Source of the DNA: the human T2T-CHM13v2.0 reference genome, Homo sapiens
Length of the DNA stretch: 64,000 nt
Reading direction: 5' to 3' (one strand)
Assembly (NCBI RefSeq): GCF_009914755.1
Contig: NC_060938.1
Part shown: piece by piece, positions 39,401-56,771 of the stretch
How the letters are laid out: each line of letters opens with the position of its first letter
How positions within the stretch are numbered: position 1 is the first letter of the stretch
Made by a program: the position numbers and the translations under genes
Notes under the pieces: model-generated
Databases searched by the model: none
The model's input: the letters and a program-made list of their open reading frames with translations, nothing else
Told to the model about the DNA's origin: nothing

Positions 39401-42400
39401 TGTTGCAGGAAGTAACAAAACATTCTTTTTTAAATTATATACCCCATTTAACAGCCTCGATCTTGCTTTGATTATGAAATATCTTAACTCCCTGGGTAAT
39501 ACAGGGATGAAATCTTACCTGCAGCGTTCCCACATTAGCAAATAGACCACCTGGAAAGTGGACTCAGTTTGTGTTAAGGTCAGTAGAGGAGCCAAGCCAA
39601 TAACCATGCTGACATTCCAGGGGACAGAGCAGGGAGGGGAGTTAGACCACGGGAAAGGGGCTGGTTAAGAAATGTGAAAATATTGAATTAACTCTTGGAT
39701 TTTATTCTTCTCTGATAAGTTTAACAAGAAAAGCAAGTTTTAGAATGTAACCAACTCAACTTGATAGAGAAATCCTAGAACTTGGTAAAAATCTCATTGG
39801 GAACATGTTGCACAGAAAAGTAATGTGAAAATCTAAGACAAAGGCTATGTGTGAGAGGGAGTCAGAGAGAAGGGAAAAGAGTACAGCACACTGGTAGATA
39901 CATAATTCTTGTCAAATTCTGGTACTTAGGTCTGGGTGGTGTACCTTTGGATATTCATTTTATTAGTGTACTTCATAATTCACATATCAGTGATATGCAT
40001 GTGTAGACACACAAATTCTTTTGCTTGTGACAATTATTGCATTTTAAAAGATAATGTGAAAAAAAACCAAAGTCAATTATCACTTGGAGAGAGTATCATA
40101 TATGTTCCCTAAAGATCTAATAACTTAACTTATTTCTAGGGGAAAAAAGATCAAACTTGCCACAATTGTTAATATTTTATTGTTTCTATTAATAACAAAG
40201 TTCTGTGTTGTGTTTTTGCTTTTTGCCTTTTTCATTCATATTTATTCTGCATTCTTACTAGCTTTGAATAGCTATTTGCATCTTGCTGCTTTCTTCCATC
40301 ACTCCTCACCTCAGTCCACTAAGCCCTTTGCTCTTTTTTCCTGGCCTGCAGAACTGTATGGTCTTCCCTGCCTTTGTAAACACTGCTTTATAAACACTAC
40401 TGTCTGTCCTTGTTGCTAAACGGAGAACACAACTTACATCCTGTCTTTCCCTCCCTCCCCATCAATGTACCTTCTTTGTGGTTCTCTAAGTCTTTGTCTC
40501 TGTAATGCTCCATCCTGTTCTTTTTTCACTTATTCTCTAAATGACCATAGAGCACATTTTGACCTTTTTTATGTTTTCCTTCTGCACAGATAAGTTGTTT
40601 TGCCTTCGGTCTTGAGAGAATGAAAGCTCATGGGCTGTCTCTACCCTGGCCTGGAAGTCAGATACTTTTCTTTCTTTTTTGTCTACATATTATTGATTGT
40701 CAATGGTTGCTTTTCAATTTGTTCTATATTCCTTTTTGCCTCTGCCACCAGCATTCTCCAGGACTGTTCCTTAAACTGTGCTAAATATTGTGTACATCCT
40801 CTTGTTAAAAGTCAGCCTATCTATACCCTTCCTTTCTCTCTCTCATACACATATTATCCTAGAGTGTCCAAATGATAGGAAAGTCCTTTCAGGTATTATT
40901 TGTTGCACTTACATGTGTCTTCTTTGAAGATTGTGTCTGCCCTGCAACTGGAATGGTCAGATGACTCATGAGGATTTCTCTGAGCCTGGGACATGCTTTT
41001 GTAGTCTACAAAGGTGGACCATGTGGCTTTTTATCTTCATTGGGAGATACAATAGAATGCATATATCTTAAACACGAGCACAGATGCTTTTTCAATGTTT
41101 TCAAATGTACTAAACAACTAGGAGATCTCAGAAGGTGTCAAGTAACCACTTGCTCTTTAATGAAAATGAATACTTAACACGATGGCAGTGTGAAAATGCC
41201 TTTATCACCTACTAAAAATCTCTTCATCTGCTTGATCTGTGAACTATACCTGAGAAGGATTTCTGTTATCATCTTCAGGAAGACAGTCTTATTTTCTGTG
41301 TCCTTGCCTGAATAAGTCGGTTATTGTCATAAAACACTGTTCCCACGACTTCAGTGGGATGGGGATATATCCCCCACCCCTCATTGAAGGAATCTCCAAG
41401 TCATGGGGCAAAGGGCAAGAATATGGGAAGGAATGAAGGATTGGAAACAAACATGCAATTATTTTACTGTTATTGTCTTCAATCCAAGTAGGGCTTAACA
41501 CTAATTATTTCAGACATGAAATTCTATATTCTTACTTAAATATTTCCCAGAAAGGTACTTATAATATTTTCTTTATTTTGAGAAAAATCTTTAAGAAAGG
41601 GGTTAATTAAAGTTTATGTTTACAGGAAACACAGTAGTTAGCAGGAAATGTCGGTTAACCAAGTAATTAATGGCTACCTGTGGTATACAAGCCACTGGGT
41701 AGGATCTATAGGAAATGCCGAGTATAAGATAAGGTCTCCATCCATAGGAAACAGCCACCTGTTACAGGACATCCAGCAGGTGCGGATGAAATTTCACATG
41801 AGTATAGTAAGTCACCCCTAGCTGTAGCCAAAGCTGCAGAGCAGATGCCCAAATGTCACAGCGTGTACTTTTGTTAGACAAAAAGGCTCCCACCAAAAGG
41901 CTTTTGAATATTTTGTAAAGGATTTAGAGATCAGCTCTGAAAAATTAGTCCACTCCAGGAATGGAGAACTCTGATACTCTCATTTTACCTCACAATTGCC
42001 TTCACTGGGAATAAAGAGGACCCTCCTATAACCCTTAAACAGGTCCTAGACAGGTTAATAAACAATGCCCTCATGATCAGAGTTAAAATCATTTATAAAC
42101 TTCTCTGTTGGACTAGCTTGAGATTTGGGATGGTGATTTCTATTTCTTGCCTTATGTGAGGTTTAGTTTCTAGAGTCTGACAAACATAGAATGTTGGGAT
42201 TGCTGTTGTCTAACTAGCAGTGAAAAAAAAAACAACAAAATTCAACTATATATCTAAGTTTTTTAGAGAATGGCAGCAGCACTAAAATCTAGGATTTTTT
42301 AGACCAACTAGACTACACTGGAATACTATTGGAATCAAACAAATGTACTTTTCTAAGTAGCCGTAAATTATACCTAAATTAGAGCTTTAAATAGTACTTT

Positions 42401-43244
42401 TTTAAGGCCTAGAAATAATTAAAATTGTTAGGGATAGTTGCTACTCTCTTTTCTTTCCTTGAAGAGCTACATCTTTCGTGAGTCCCAATTTTGTTTATGA
42501 ACAGAGACCTCACTGGAGAAAAGAAAACCTCAGCAAGTGGAGAAAACATATTAATCAGAAGTTACTTTAAGTTAATTTTTAAAGAGAGAATGAAACCTTT
42601 CAATTTGTTTTATTGTATTAAGGAAAGAAAAACACCCAAACATAATAGTCAATTCCCTAACCAATAATAAAACAAATTTATGGACCTGCATACAGTTCTA
42701 AGATAGACATTCAATACATACTTGATGAATTAATAAGAAAAACTTGACCATTAGTAGAGAAGAGGAAATGATATATAAGCAATGAGTAATGAAATAGATT
42801 AGTAAATCTGATATAACTTGATCTTATTCACTCAGGCCTGCATTCTTCATTTTTAGGGTATGTAGCAATTCCTCACAATGTTTTAGAAACCATTGTGTTA
42901 AAACTGGAAGGTTATTAGAGATTACAACTCATACACTTTAAGGGATGGAACGCTTGATTAATGTTCTTTTATGTGAATTTCAAAGTTCTTAGCTGTGTTA
43001 CTGCAGACTATAAATGACTAATGTCTCTGGATTTTAGAACCCTAAGAAAGCTGGAAATAATTTCATCTAAACTTCTCCTTTTTTAGATGCAAAGTCAAAG
43101 CCTAGAAAGGCTTGAGTTTCACAAGTTACATTTCTAGCTGGTTACACACTAGGGCTTAGTGCAGTATTCTTCCTGCAGGAAAATATCAAAACCTATGTTT
43201 GACCACTGTTATATCTGCCTTCTCTTGCTCCATATGCTGTCTAC

Positions 43245-43535
43245 AAAATTCATTCATGTTGACATGTGTGTCAGTGGTTTCTTTTAATTGCTCAGTAATA
43301 TTCTATTGTATAAATACACCATGACCTATTCATCCATTTTCCTTCTGATATGAATTTGAATTATCACCAGCCTTTGGCTGTTGTGAATATAGCTTTTATG
43401 AACACTCATATTCAAATATTTCTATGGGAATATGTTGGTATTTTTCCTGGCCAAATATCTAGGGGTGGAATTTCTGGGTCAATTGCTGGATAAGTGTATC
43501 CTGATACTTAAAAGAATTTGCTAACAGTTCCCAAA
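43245..43535 (-). mobile_element. Old L1ME-like fragment
   Basis: aattcattcatgttgacatgtg...tattctattgtataaatacacc...ggggtggaatttctgggtca. Confidence 0.55.
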
Positions 43536-46221
43536 ATAGCAAAGCAATGACTATAAAGTTTTCAAAGAATGAGTGTAAACTGAGATTTACGTACCCAGCC
43601 ACAAAATACAGATCATGTATAAAATCCGAAGACAAACTTTTAAAAACATGCAATGAATATACATTTCCTCAGTTCCTTAAAAAGTGGAAGAGAACAAGCT
43701 TTAGCTTTCCAAGGTAAAAGGCATGGGTGTGATCATTAAATCCATTTAACTTTAGGATTTGAAATAAAAATAGTAATTTTTTATTGTAGACCAGAATGTA
43801 AATGTCTTCATCCCCCACCATATAGAAATGATTATAATCATAATTTTTGGCAAAGAAGGGAGCGGTAAGGGCAGATTTTGTAAACAGGCTGATCTCTCGT
43901 AGCCAAGGGATCCAAAGACATTTAAAATGGAAAAGCAAGAAATAAAGCTGTGAAATGTAAAGATAAACACTAAAAAAGCATAATTAACTTAAATTTAGGT
44001 AGTAGAGGCGAAGGAGTGAGGAGGGTTAAAATGGACATGTCTTAAATTCACCTCTAGCTCATAATAGGGAGTCAGTATACATACTTTAAAAAAGAGAGGA
44101 TTCAGTTTATTGGACAAAGTTAATCATTAGGAAAAAATACACACTAAAATATTTTTGACATAACAAAAACAGAAGTCATAACATAAAATATGGTGATGGA
44201 ACTAAAAGCAAACATTTCTGTCATGTCAATAAAGGTCTGAATTTTCCTATGAAAAGAAACAGACTCCTATTGAGCCACAAAGCCAATTCTAACTACACAC
44301 TGTCGTCAAGAGAAACACACTTAGAACAAAACACCTATACCCAGAGAGAACCATACTCAGTAATGAGGTGCCAAATGAATTCAGTTTATTTCCCATACCT
44401 TCCCAATCTGAATGAAGTGAGGGAAGGGGCAAAGCTAGACTATAATTAGCTGGGTAGAGGAGACTTAATGAGCTGTACTCTGTAAGTAAATCTACTGATG
44501 CTTGTGTTCTATTTGTTTTCTGCTAAAGATCTTTTTGGAAATTTAGACCTCCCTTTTGCTGACAATAGGGCCAGCCTGTCTGTGTGCCAAGCCCTGTCTG
44601 CCCTGCATTCTCCCTCCCCAGGCCTCTGAGCTGCCTCTAGATTAAAGAGACACAGGATGCTTATGGCTGACTGAGAAAAATAAGACTAGTGGTGATCTGA
44701 CACAACAACAGTCAATTTCCCCCTTCTCCAGAGCAGCAGCTGTGCTCCATTTGTCTTAGCCCTTTCCCAGGGGGCTGCCTGTGTTCTTGTTTATAAGAGG
44801 AGGGTTGGGCAGGGTGAGTGGAGTAGACTAGAAACAGAAGTGGTTCAACTTGGCCTTTCATGGAAGGGCATGATTAAAAGAACAGTTGCATGAATATGAA
44901 TAAAATATATGGCGTTTAATTTGTCTGATTGCATCTTTCATTAAACACATGATAAGCTCCAGCAGAAAGTTCTACCTCCAGGGCAGTATTACTGATATGA
45001 CTCTGCATTTATCTTAGTATTACTATGGGGAACACTTATGTTTTACAGCCTCATGGTGGTTAGATTTATTCTCAGCTACTGATATTAGAAGAGTGATGAC
45101 ACATTCAGTGGTATTCAAGGACACTGCAAGCAGGAAGGGGTGCTTTACTGCAAACACATTTTAGATATTTGGATTATCCTTGAAATGCAGAGCATAAGGC
45201 AATAAAATGCAAAACACTCATCCCTCCTCTGCGCTCATTTTAAATATTCCATGGCCAGGAAAAGAGCCGCACAAGATTCAGTGTGGAGTCTCTACTTTCC
45301 CAAGGTGAACATTTTTTCTAAGGAGACTTATGGGCTTTGAAAAGAATGAACCATCTGAAATAAAAAATGCCCTAGGGAAATAATGAAGAATGAATGTTAA
45401 AATAAAAATGGTCTCAGTTTCTTCCTCCTATTGCATAGAGATAGAATTCTATGAGACTTGGTGTCTGCACATTATAAATTATTACACAAAGACACATGCA
45501 TATGCACATGCAGATTAGAATTATTTTTTTCAGATTCCTGGTCTGTCTCATCTCCTAACACAGACATATATGTGAAATCAAGTAACCATTTAATTTTTAA
45601 AATTCAAGAATTACCTATTACTTTTGTGGATGGCAATAATTAAATTTTCGCAGAATTCTTGCCATCCACTTTTCTGAGTTTCACTTTTATCTCCTTCCTG
45701 TTCTATTAACAGAGTATGCTTTAAAAATTTACATGTGTGGAATAACGTCAGGGAACAACAGAATGAAAATTTATGAATCTCTCCCAACCCTCTTGAGGGA
45801 GCTATGACTACCTTTCAGATAGACTACATTTCAGGACCAGATCTCAGGCAAACACTGAACTTCACTCTGCTGACAATTCGAAATCTTATTGTGGGTGACT
45901 TATGGCCCAGGATCTTATTATATTCAGAAGATGTCACAGGCAAGAGTGTCAGTCCTGCTACAGGCAGATTATCTGCCAGGTACCAATCCCTACAGAAGGC
46001 CAATCCCATGACCCTGAGGCCCATCGGAAGCAAGATTCATTGTAGGTGTTGAGTAATGGGCAAATTGGCACCCTTTCTTGATAGTGGCTAGGGCAGGCTC
46101 CTAAGCTATAGGACACTTGCCTTAATTCCACTGCCTGCTGGGGCCCAAGGAAGCCCACAGATCAAGAATGGTCTCTTTCCTATTTACTCTGGCCTAATTC
46201 TCATGTCTTCTGTTCACATTC

Positions 46222-46517
46222 TTTTTTTTTTTTTGAGACAGAATCTCTCTCTGTTGCCCAGGCTGGAGTGCAGTAGCACAATTTCGGCTTGCCACAACCT
46301 CCACCACCTGGGTTCAAGAGATTCTCATGCCTCAGTCTCCCGAGTAGCTGGGACTACAGGCGTGTGCCACCGCACTCGGCTATTTTTTTATATTTTTAGT
46401 AGAGACAGGGTTTCACCACGTTGTCCAGGCTGGTCTCGAACTCCTGACCTCAAGTGATCTGCCCGTCTCAGCCTCCCAAAATGCTGGGATTACAGGCATG
46501 AGCCACCGCACCCGGCC
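46222..46517 (-). mobile_element. AluS (Sx/Sz-like)
   Basis: Poly-T plus antisense Alu; TSD tgttc(a/g)cattctt (46211-46223 / 46518-46530), the mismatch being consistent with CpG decay. Confidence 0.93.
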
Positions 46518-48664
46518 TGTTCGCATTCTTAATTTCAGCGTATTGTCAGTCTCTGAGTCTCTGTCTGAGCCATGGAAACCTCAATGCCTGATTTCAGTAT
46601 GCCTCCTGCCTAGTCCCTCACCAAATGCTGCAAGCCCCAGCCTCACTGCAACCTCTACTCCCAGTAGCAGAGGTCCAGACACCAACCCTAGGCAACACAC
46701 AAGCATCCAGGACTGCTTGGTTCTGGAAGCAATGGCCCCAAAGTGTCTCAAATGTTTACAAAGAGAAAATCTAGCCAGGAAGATTCACACCCAATGCTTT
46801 GTGCTCATTGCACAGAACACAGAAGAGGAGCTCCTCTTCTCCATGTCCACACAATGACAGCACTTTGTTATGGAGCTATTATTTGTGAAATAAGTGACAA
46901 AGGAGAAAAAAAGGCAGGAAAGAAATCATTTAGAGGAAGAAGGAAGAATGTAAGGATTAAAGATGAAAGAGCTAGACAGGCTATAAGAGGAACCATGATG
47001 GTGATGACTAAAATGCAGATGAGGAAAAAAAATCGCTCTAAGTGGAAGTCAACTCTATATATAGAAGTGTGGAAAGCCAATGATCAGCTAAAGAGAAAAT
47101 GGACATCTATGCAACTGGATAGGGCTGGTCATGGGAAAGTTTTAGCAGATAATCACAATGTTCTTCCCTGATACAAAATATCAGGAAGCAGGATGGGTGA
47201 TATTGAAACATGTAATGTATTTCTAGTCTTTCAAAGTATGGATGGAGCAGTGCCCCATGATGCACTTGCATAAATAAATTAGGGAAACTATATGGTGTTC
47301 TCAGTGACTGCTTCTCAGTGAAAAGACAGAAAGGCGTCCTTGTCTTCGACCCTGTGCTCTTTAAAAAGGCAAAAGAGTTTTATGAGGAAATGCAAATGAC
47401 TGATTCATGTGTATTTTTGGAGGGGTATCTTTGGCATTTTAAAGAGAGTCCTGGTATTAAGAAGGCCAGACACAATGTGAAAAATAGTCAGCAAATGACC
47501 ATGCTGCAGTAGAATGTGGTGACATTTTCAGAGAGTACATTTCTTAGAACAATTTCTCTCTGTGCACTTCTATGGAGCTGCTGGTACTGCTGAAATCAAG
47601 CTCCTCTGGGATACAGTAGGACTATTTTTACATGTGCAAATTGTACAGGCTCTCTGAAATAAAACTACTGAGCTAGAAACTCCATTATCCTGCAACTTCC
47701 AAAACTGAAAAACACCTTTACTTACTACTCACATTTCACCAGCCATTGTGAGGATGAATAAATACGTTTATATTGCTTTAATTTTCAGAGTAGTCCATAC
47801 ATACATTTATAGCTCTAAGAAGAAAAGCATTTCCAAATGGTTGGTTGTCCAGGATTGTGAAGTTATTCTACCCACTCAGAGGCAGCAGGATCAGTGTGGA
47901 GAATATTTTTAGTACATTCCTTTTCAAAATATACCTCATTGGTTTGACTCATTGTTTTGGAAATCATTCAGAATATCAAATTAATTCTAAGAACAGCTAA
48001 CATTTACTCCATGCCAGGCCCAGTTTTAAGTGTTTTACATGTGCTCACTCATTTATTCCTCAGTAGGGTAATTCTGCATGGCACCATCGAGATGAGTTCT
48101 TCAACTTTGACAACCAATTAGGATTTTGACAGAGCTTCCTGCTATTATGATCAGAAACAGTGAGAAATTAAGCTCATCTCTCAAGTCAGGAGGTCAGAGC
48201 ATATCCAGCATTAAGCCTTGGAGAACTCATGAGGCTGAGTAATTAAGATGCTTGAAACTGCCAAGTGGCTCCTACTGAGCTTGGGAAGAGTGATATGGAC
48301 TGTAAGAGCTGTAATATTTCTCTCAACACAGGGGTAAAATATGATCCACACATGAAGAAATTGAAACTGTAGATATTTTAGTAACTAAATACATATCCAT
48401 GTTTTATTCCAACGTATTAAGAATCTTTTATCAAATGTGCTATGATAATTTTATAGGTAAGTTCTGCCCCAGGGTCAGTCATTTGTGAAGGCAGTCATTG
48501 GCCTCACCCTACTAAGTATTATTTACAGTAAATATTACAATAAATAAATTAATTTTTCATCACACTGGGGGTCTAATAAACAGATCAATGAATTTGTAAC
48601 TAGTTTGCATTTCGGAGGGTGTGGGTGACATCCAGAACCTTATTTTTTAGTTCTCAACAAACTA

Positions 48665-49385
48665 TTTTTGAAATTTTAATAAATTGTGTTGTGTATATTT
48701 AAGGCACACAACATGAGGTTCTGAGATACATCTATAGTAAAATGTTTACTATAGTGTAGGAAACTAACATATCCATCATCTCACAAAGTTGCTCATTTTT
48801 CCCCTATGACAAGAGAAGCTATAATCTATTCATTTAGCAAAAATACTAAATATGATACACATTATTAACTACGCTATTATCATCAGATTTTTAGGCTTGG
48901 TCATATCCGCTACTTTGCATCCTTTGACCTGTCTCTTCCTATTTCCTCCTCCCTCCCCAGCCCTAGTAACCACTTTATTCTCGTTCTTTTTCTAGATTCT
49001 ACATGGAAGTTAGATCATATAAAGTTTTTATTTTGTGACTGGCTTATTTCACGTAGCATAATGTCCTCCACATCCATGTTGTGGTCAATGGCAGAATCTT
49101 TCTTTTTTAAAGGCTGAAAAATATTTATATCTGTATGTGTGTGTGTGTGTGTGGTGTGTGTGGGTGTGTGTGTGTGTATGTGTGTTGCAGTTTTTTAATC
49201 CATCAGTCCATTGATAGACACTTAAGTTGTTTCCATATCTTGGCTATTATGAATAATGCTGCAATGAACATGAGAGTGCAGATATCTTGATGAGGTGGTG
49301 ATTTTATATCCTTTGGGCATATACCCACAAGAGGGATTGTTGAGTCATATGGTAATTCTATTTTTAATTTCTTTAGGGACCTTTA
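48665..49385 (-). mobile_element. L1MA (MA8-like) 3' fragment with an internal (TG)n tract
   Basis: Antisense L1MA 3' end (aattgtgttgtgtatatttaagg...taacatatccatcatctcaca; tggcttatttcacgtagcataatgtcc; tgctgcaatgaacatg); (TG)n at ~49136-49185. Confidence 0.8.
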
Positions 49386-52170
49386 CACAGAACATTTTTA
49401 AAGATCCCTTACGCCCTAGGTATACTCTAGGAAACAACAGATGTAATCCCCAAGAGGGTCTTCTTTCCTATAATTACTAAAATCTAAAACCACAGTTAAT
49501 TCAGTAGTTACAGTTACTCAAGGACAGAGGAAAATGCCCATTGGTGCCTCTGTATCAGGGGACTCACCAGTCCCCCTCCTTCCTTCCTCATGGGGTATGT
49601 TTTGAGCCACAGGACTTCTTAGCCCATCTGGGTTATATACACCACAGCTTAAAGAATATCTTTCCATATGGTAGAAGTAATTGCCTTTAATTAAAAGTTT
49701 GTCTTTAAAAAATTATGTTTCCAGATTGGATTCCAATCATCAATGCCTTTCTACTGTTTACATAATGAGGATAAATTCTGGAATGTGCTCCTCTTCCCAC
49801 TCTCCTTAAAAATATATCCTGAATTTCAGTGAACAAGATAGAGTGTATCTAGCAGATTCACAGGATAATGAAAGGTGGTTAGAATTTAACTTGAAGTCGA
49901 ATGGTGAGCCAGTTACTTCCTTTAAACATTTCCCATATTATCCACTAAGAGGCCAGATTTCTGGGGAGAAATATTCATTAAGGCTAACTCTCGAAACTTT
50001 TGGCAGCTGCACTTCATTCACAGCTTTCACAATGGCCAGAGGCTAGCAGGAAAAAACAGCCACAGTCCACTGACCTCCCAGGACCATGCTTTCATGGGGC
50101 CTAGATAACTGGGTACAGAGCTGTCCTTTCTGCAAATCAGAGGCATCACTTCTCATACCATTACCAGCTAGCCAGTGTGATGGTCATTTGGAATGCATTT
50201 GTAATGCTCTAATGTATGAGAATGTAGTTGGATTCAATATATTTTAAATGTATCCAATGAAAATTTGTTTAGTTAGGTTAATTCTTGTTTTTATTAGTGA
50301 TGTCAACAATAATCAAATGGTATAAAATCACCTCAAGTTAACTTGCTTTTCCATATCCTTTAAATGAGCTTCACTAAGAAATAGCTTTTTCTCTTTCAAG
50401 TAAATTATGTAACTCCTTTGCTTTTTCACAGACCTTAATGGGCACAAATTGTACTGGTGCAATATATTGAAAAATCACACAACCAAAATAGAAAAATAGA
50501 AAAATGTTTCCTTCTCTCCAATGCTAAAAGTCAAAAAGTAAGCAAAATAGAGGATACATACATAAAAATACAGAATACCTAAAGTAGTGGACTTAACTTA
50601 GTAGGAAATATCTTCCTGCAGTGCTATAAAGCGTTACATTTTAGAAGATGCATTTTTTATGGTTATCATTCTAACCAGTTAGAAGAGCAGGATAGCACTT
50701 AATTGAAAAATGGATGGCCCTCATCTCAAATGGACAAAGTTTATTATGAACATAACTAAGATACACAAGGAATGAAATTCAAATAGGAGATTCAAGCAGA
50801 AACAGGTGTGCAGGTAATTGTGTTGAATGATTCTCCTGTCGATAGCACAGTCTCTTTAAGTGAAGTCTCCTATCCCTGATATTCTGAATTTCTCTAAACC
50901 AGACTTGAGCAAAGCTGTTCAGAGAAGTACCAAAAAGTAAAATAAAATAAAATAAATATAACCCACGTATAAGGGGATGGATACACTAGAGTTTATTCAC
51001 ACCTTGGAATACTATATGGTAGTTAAAAATATGTCAGCATGGATAAATTTCAAAAACATAATGTTGGAAGCAGTGGTGATTGAAGGCTCCCATCAAAAAG
51101 ATCCAAAATAGCGTGCAAATCCTGCACTGGCAATCGAGGTATCCAGATTCTGTCGTTAGGACTGACTAGGCAGCTGGCATGACCCATGGAGAGAAAAGAA
51201 GTACAGTGTGGTGCGGTGGCCCACCTGAGAGCCACATGGGGCAGGAGAGCCCCTACCCCCAACCAAGGGAGGCAGCGAGTGAGCATGTTAACCAGTCTGG
51301 GAAACCGAGCTTTTTCCAAGGAACTGTGCAACCCATGGTTTGGAAGATCCCACGCAGAAGCCCATGCCACCGAGGTCTTAGCTCTCAACCATGGAGCCGT
51401 GCAGATTCTCAACAGCCACTGGGCTAGAATCAGCCTAAGCCTACCGAGTTCCCAGGGAGAAGGGCGGCAATCACTACTGCGGCAGCTGCCTGTGGTCTAA
51501 GCCATCTGAGGTCCTTGGGGGAGTGCAGGCAGCCAACACTGCAGCTGCAGGGCCTCCCGGCAAAAATTTCAACGCCAGCCAGGGCTCAGGGACAGAACTA
51601 TGATCTCCCTGGGCCTGAGCCCCTAGCCAGAGGGGTGGCCATAGCCTCCATGGATGAGCAGGCTTAGTCTTTCCTCCTTCTAGCTCTGAGGAATCTAGGC
51701 AGCCCAGGTGACTGGGTTTCCCCCCAGCACAGCACACCCCCTCCACCAAGGGACAGCCAAAGTGCCTTGTTAAATGGGTCTTGCTTCCCGTGCCACCCAA
51801 AGGGGTGAGATCCCCCCCAACAGGGGCTGTCAGATATCCTATACAGAAATGTTCCTACTGGCATCAGGCTGCTGCCCCTCGAGGTCAGAGATCCCAGAGG
51901 AAGGAGCAGGCACCCATCTTTGCTGTTCTCCAGCCTTTTCAAGTGACATCTCTAGGCACAGGTGTGAACCAGATGAAAAGGGCCTGAAGTGAACTCCCAG
52001 CCCTATAGTGAACTGCAACAGCCCTACAGAACAGGGACCTGATTATTGGAAGAAAAACAAACAGAAAGCAAAAACAACATCATCATCAACAACAACAACA
52101 AAAAATCCCCACAAAGACCTCATCCAAAGGTCTGCATCCTCAAAGACTGAAACTAGACAAACTCATGAAG

Positions 52171-53195
52171 ATGAGAAAGAATCAATGAAAAAATGCTGAA
52201 AACCCAAAAGGCCAGAGTGCCTCTTCTCCTCCAAATGATTGCAATGCCTCTCCAGCAAGGGTGCAGAACTGGATGGAGGATGAGATGGACGAATTGACAG
52301 AAGTAGGCTTCAGAAAGTGGTTAAAAACAAACATTACTGAGGTAAAGGAGCATGTTCTAATGCAATGCAAAGAAGCTAAGAACCCGATAAAAGGTTAGAG
52401 GAGCTGCTAACTAGAATAACCAGTTTAGAGAGAAACACAAATGACCTGATGGAGCTGAAAAATGTGGCACAAGAACTTTGTGAAGCATACACAAGTATCA
52501 ATAGCCAAATCAATCAAGTGAAAGAAAGGATATCAGAGATGGAAGACTATCTTGCTGAAATAAGGCAGGTAGACAAGTTTAGAAAAGAAAGAATGAGAAA
52601 AAAACAAAAAAAAAAAACCCTGAGAAATATGGGACTATGTCAAAAGACCGAACCTGTGACTGATTGGAGTACCTGTAAGAGATGAGGAGAATGGAAACAA
52701 ATTGGAAAACACACTTCAGGATATTATCTAGGAGAACTTCCCCAACCTAGCAAGAGAGGCCAATATTCAAATTCAGGAAATACAGAGGACACCACTAAAA
52801 TACTCCATGAGAAGATCAACTCTAAGACACATAATTATCAGATTCTCTAAGATTGAAATCAAGGAAAAAACGTTAAGCACAGCTGGAGAAAAAGGCCAGG
52901 TCACCCACAAAGGGAAGCCCATTGGACTAAGAGTGGATCTCTCAGCAGAAACATTTCAAGCCAGAAGAAAGTGGAAGCCAATATTCAGTATTCTTAAAGA
53001 AAAGAATTTTCAACCGAGAATTTCATATCTGGCCAAACTAAGTTTCATAAATGAAGAAATAAAATCCTTTTCAGACAAGCAAATGTTGAGGAAATTCATC
53101 ACCATCAGGCCTGCCTTGCAAGAGCTCCTGAAGGAAGCACTAAATAGGGAAAGGAAAAACTGGTACCAGCCACAGCAAAACACATGAAAATGTAA
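52171..53195 (+). pseudogene. Disrupted L1 ORF1p (RNA-binding trimer protein)
   Basis: Starts MRKNQ*KNAENPKGQSASSPP; fragment RHIIIRFSKIEIKEK...DLSAETFQARRKWKPIFSILKEKNFQPRISYLAKLSF is the ORF1p RRM/CTD; multiple stops and frameshifts. Confidence 0.92.
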
Positions 53196-53258
53196 AGACC
53201 AATGACACTATGAAGAAAAGGCATGAACTAGTGTGCAAAATAACCAGCTAGCATCATA

Positions 53259-56771
<3,513 letters not shown>

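Noticed and set aside
46743-47171. 142-aa Lys/Arg-rich ORF
   Set aside because: Non-ATG start, purine-rich low-complexity composition, no recognisable domain or promoter/splice context; this length is compatible with chance.
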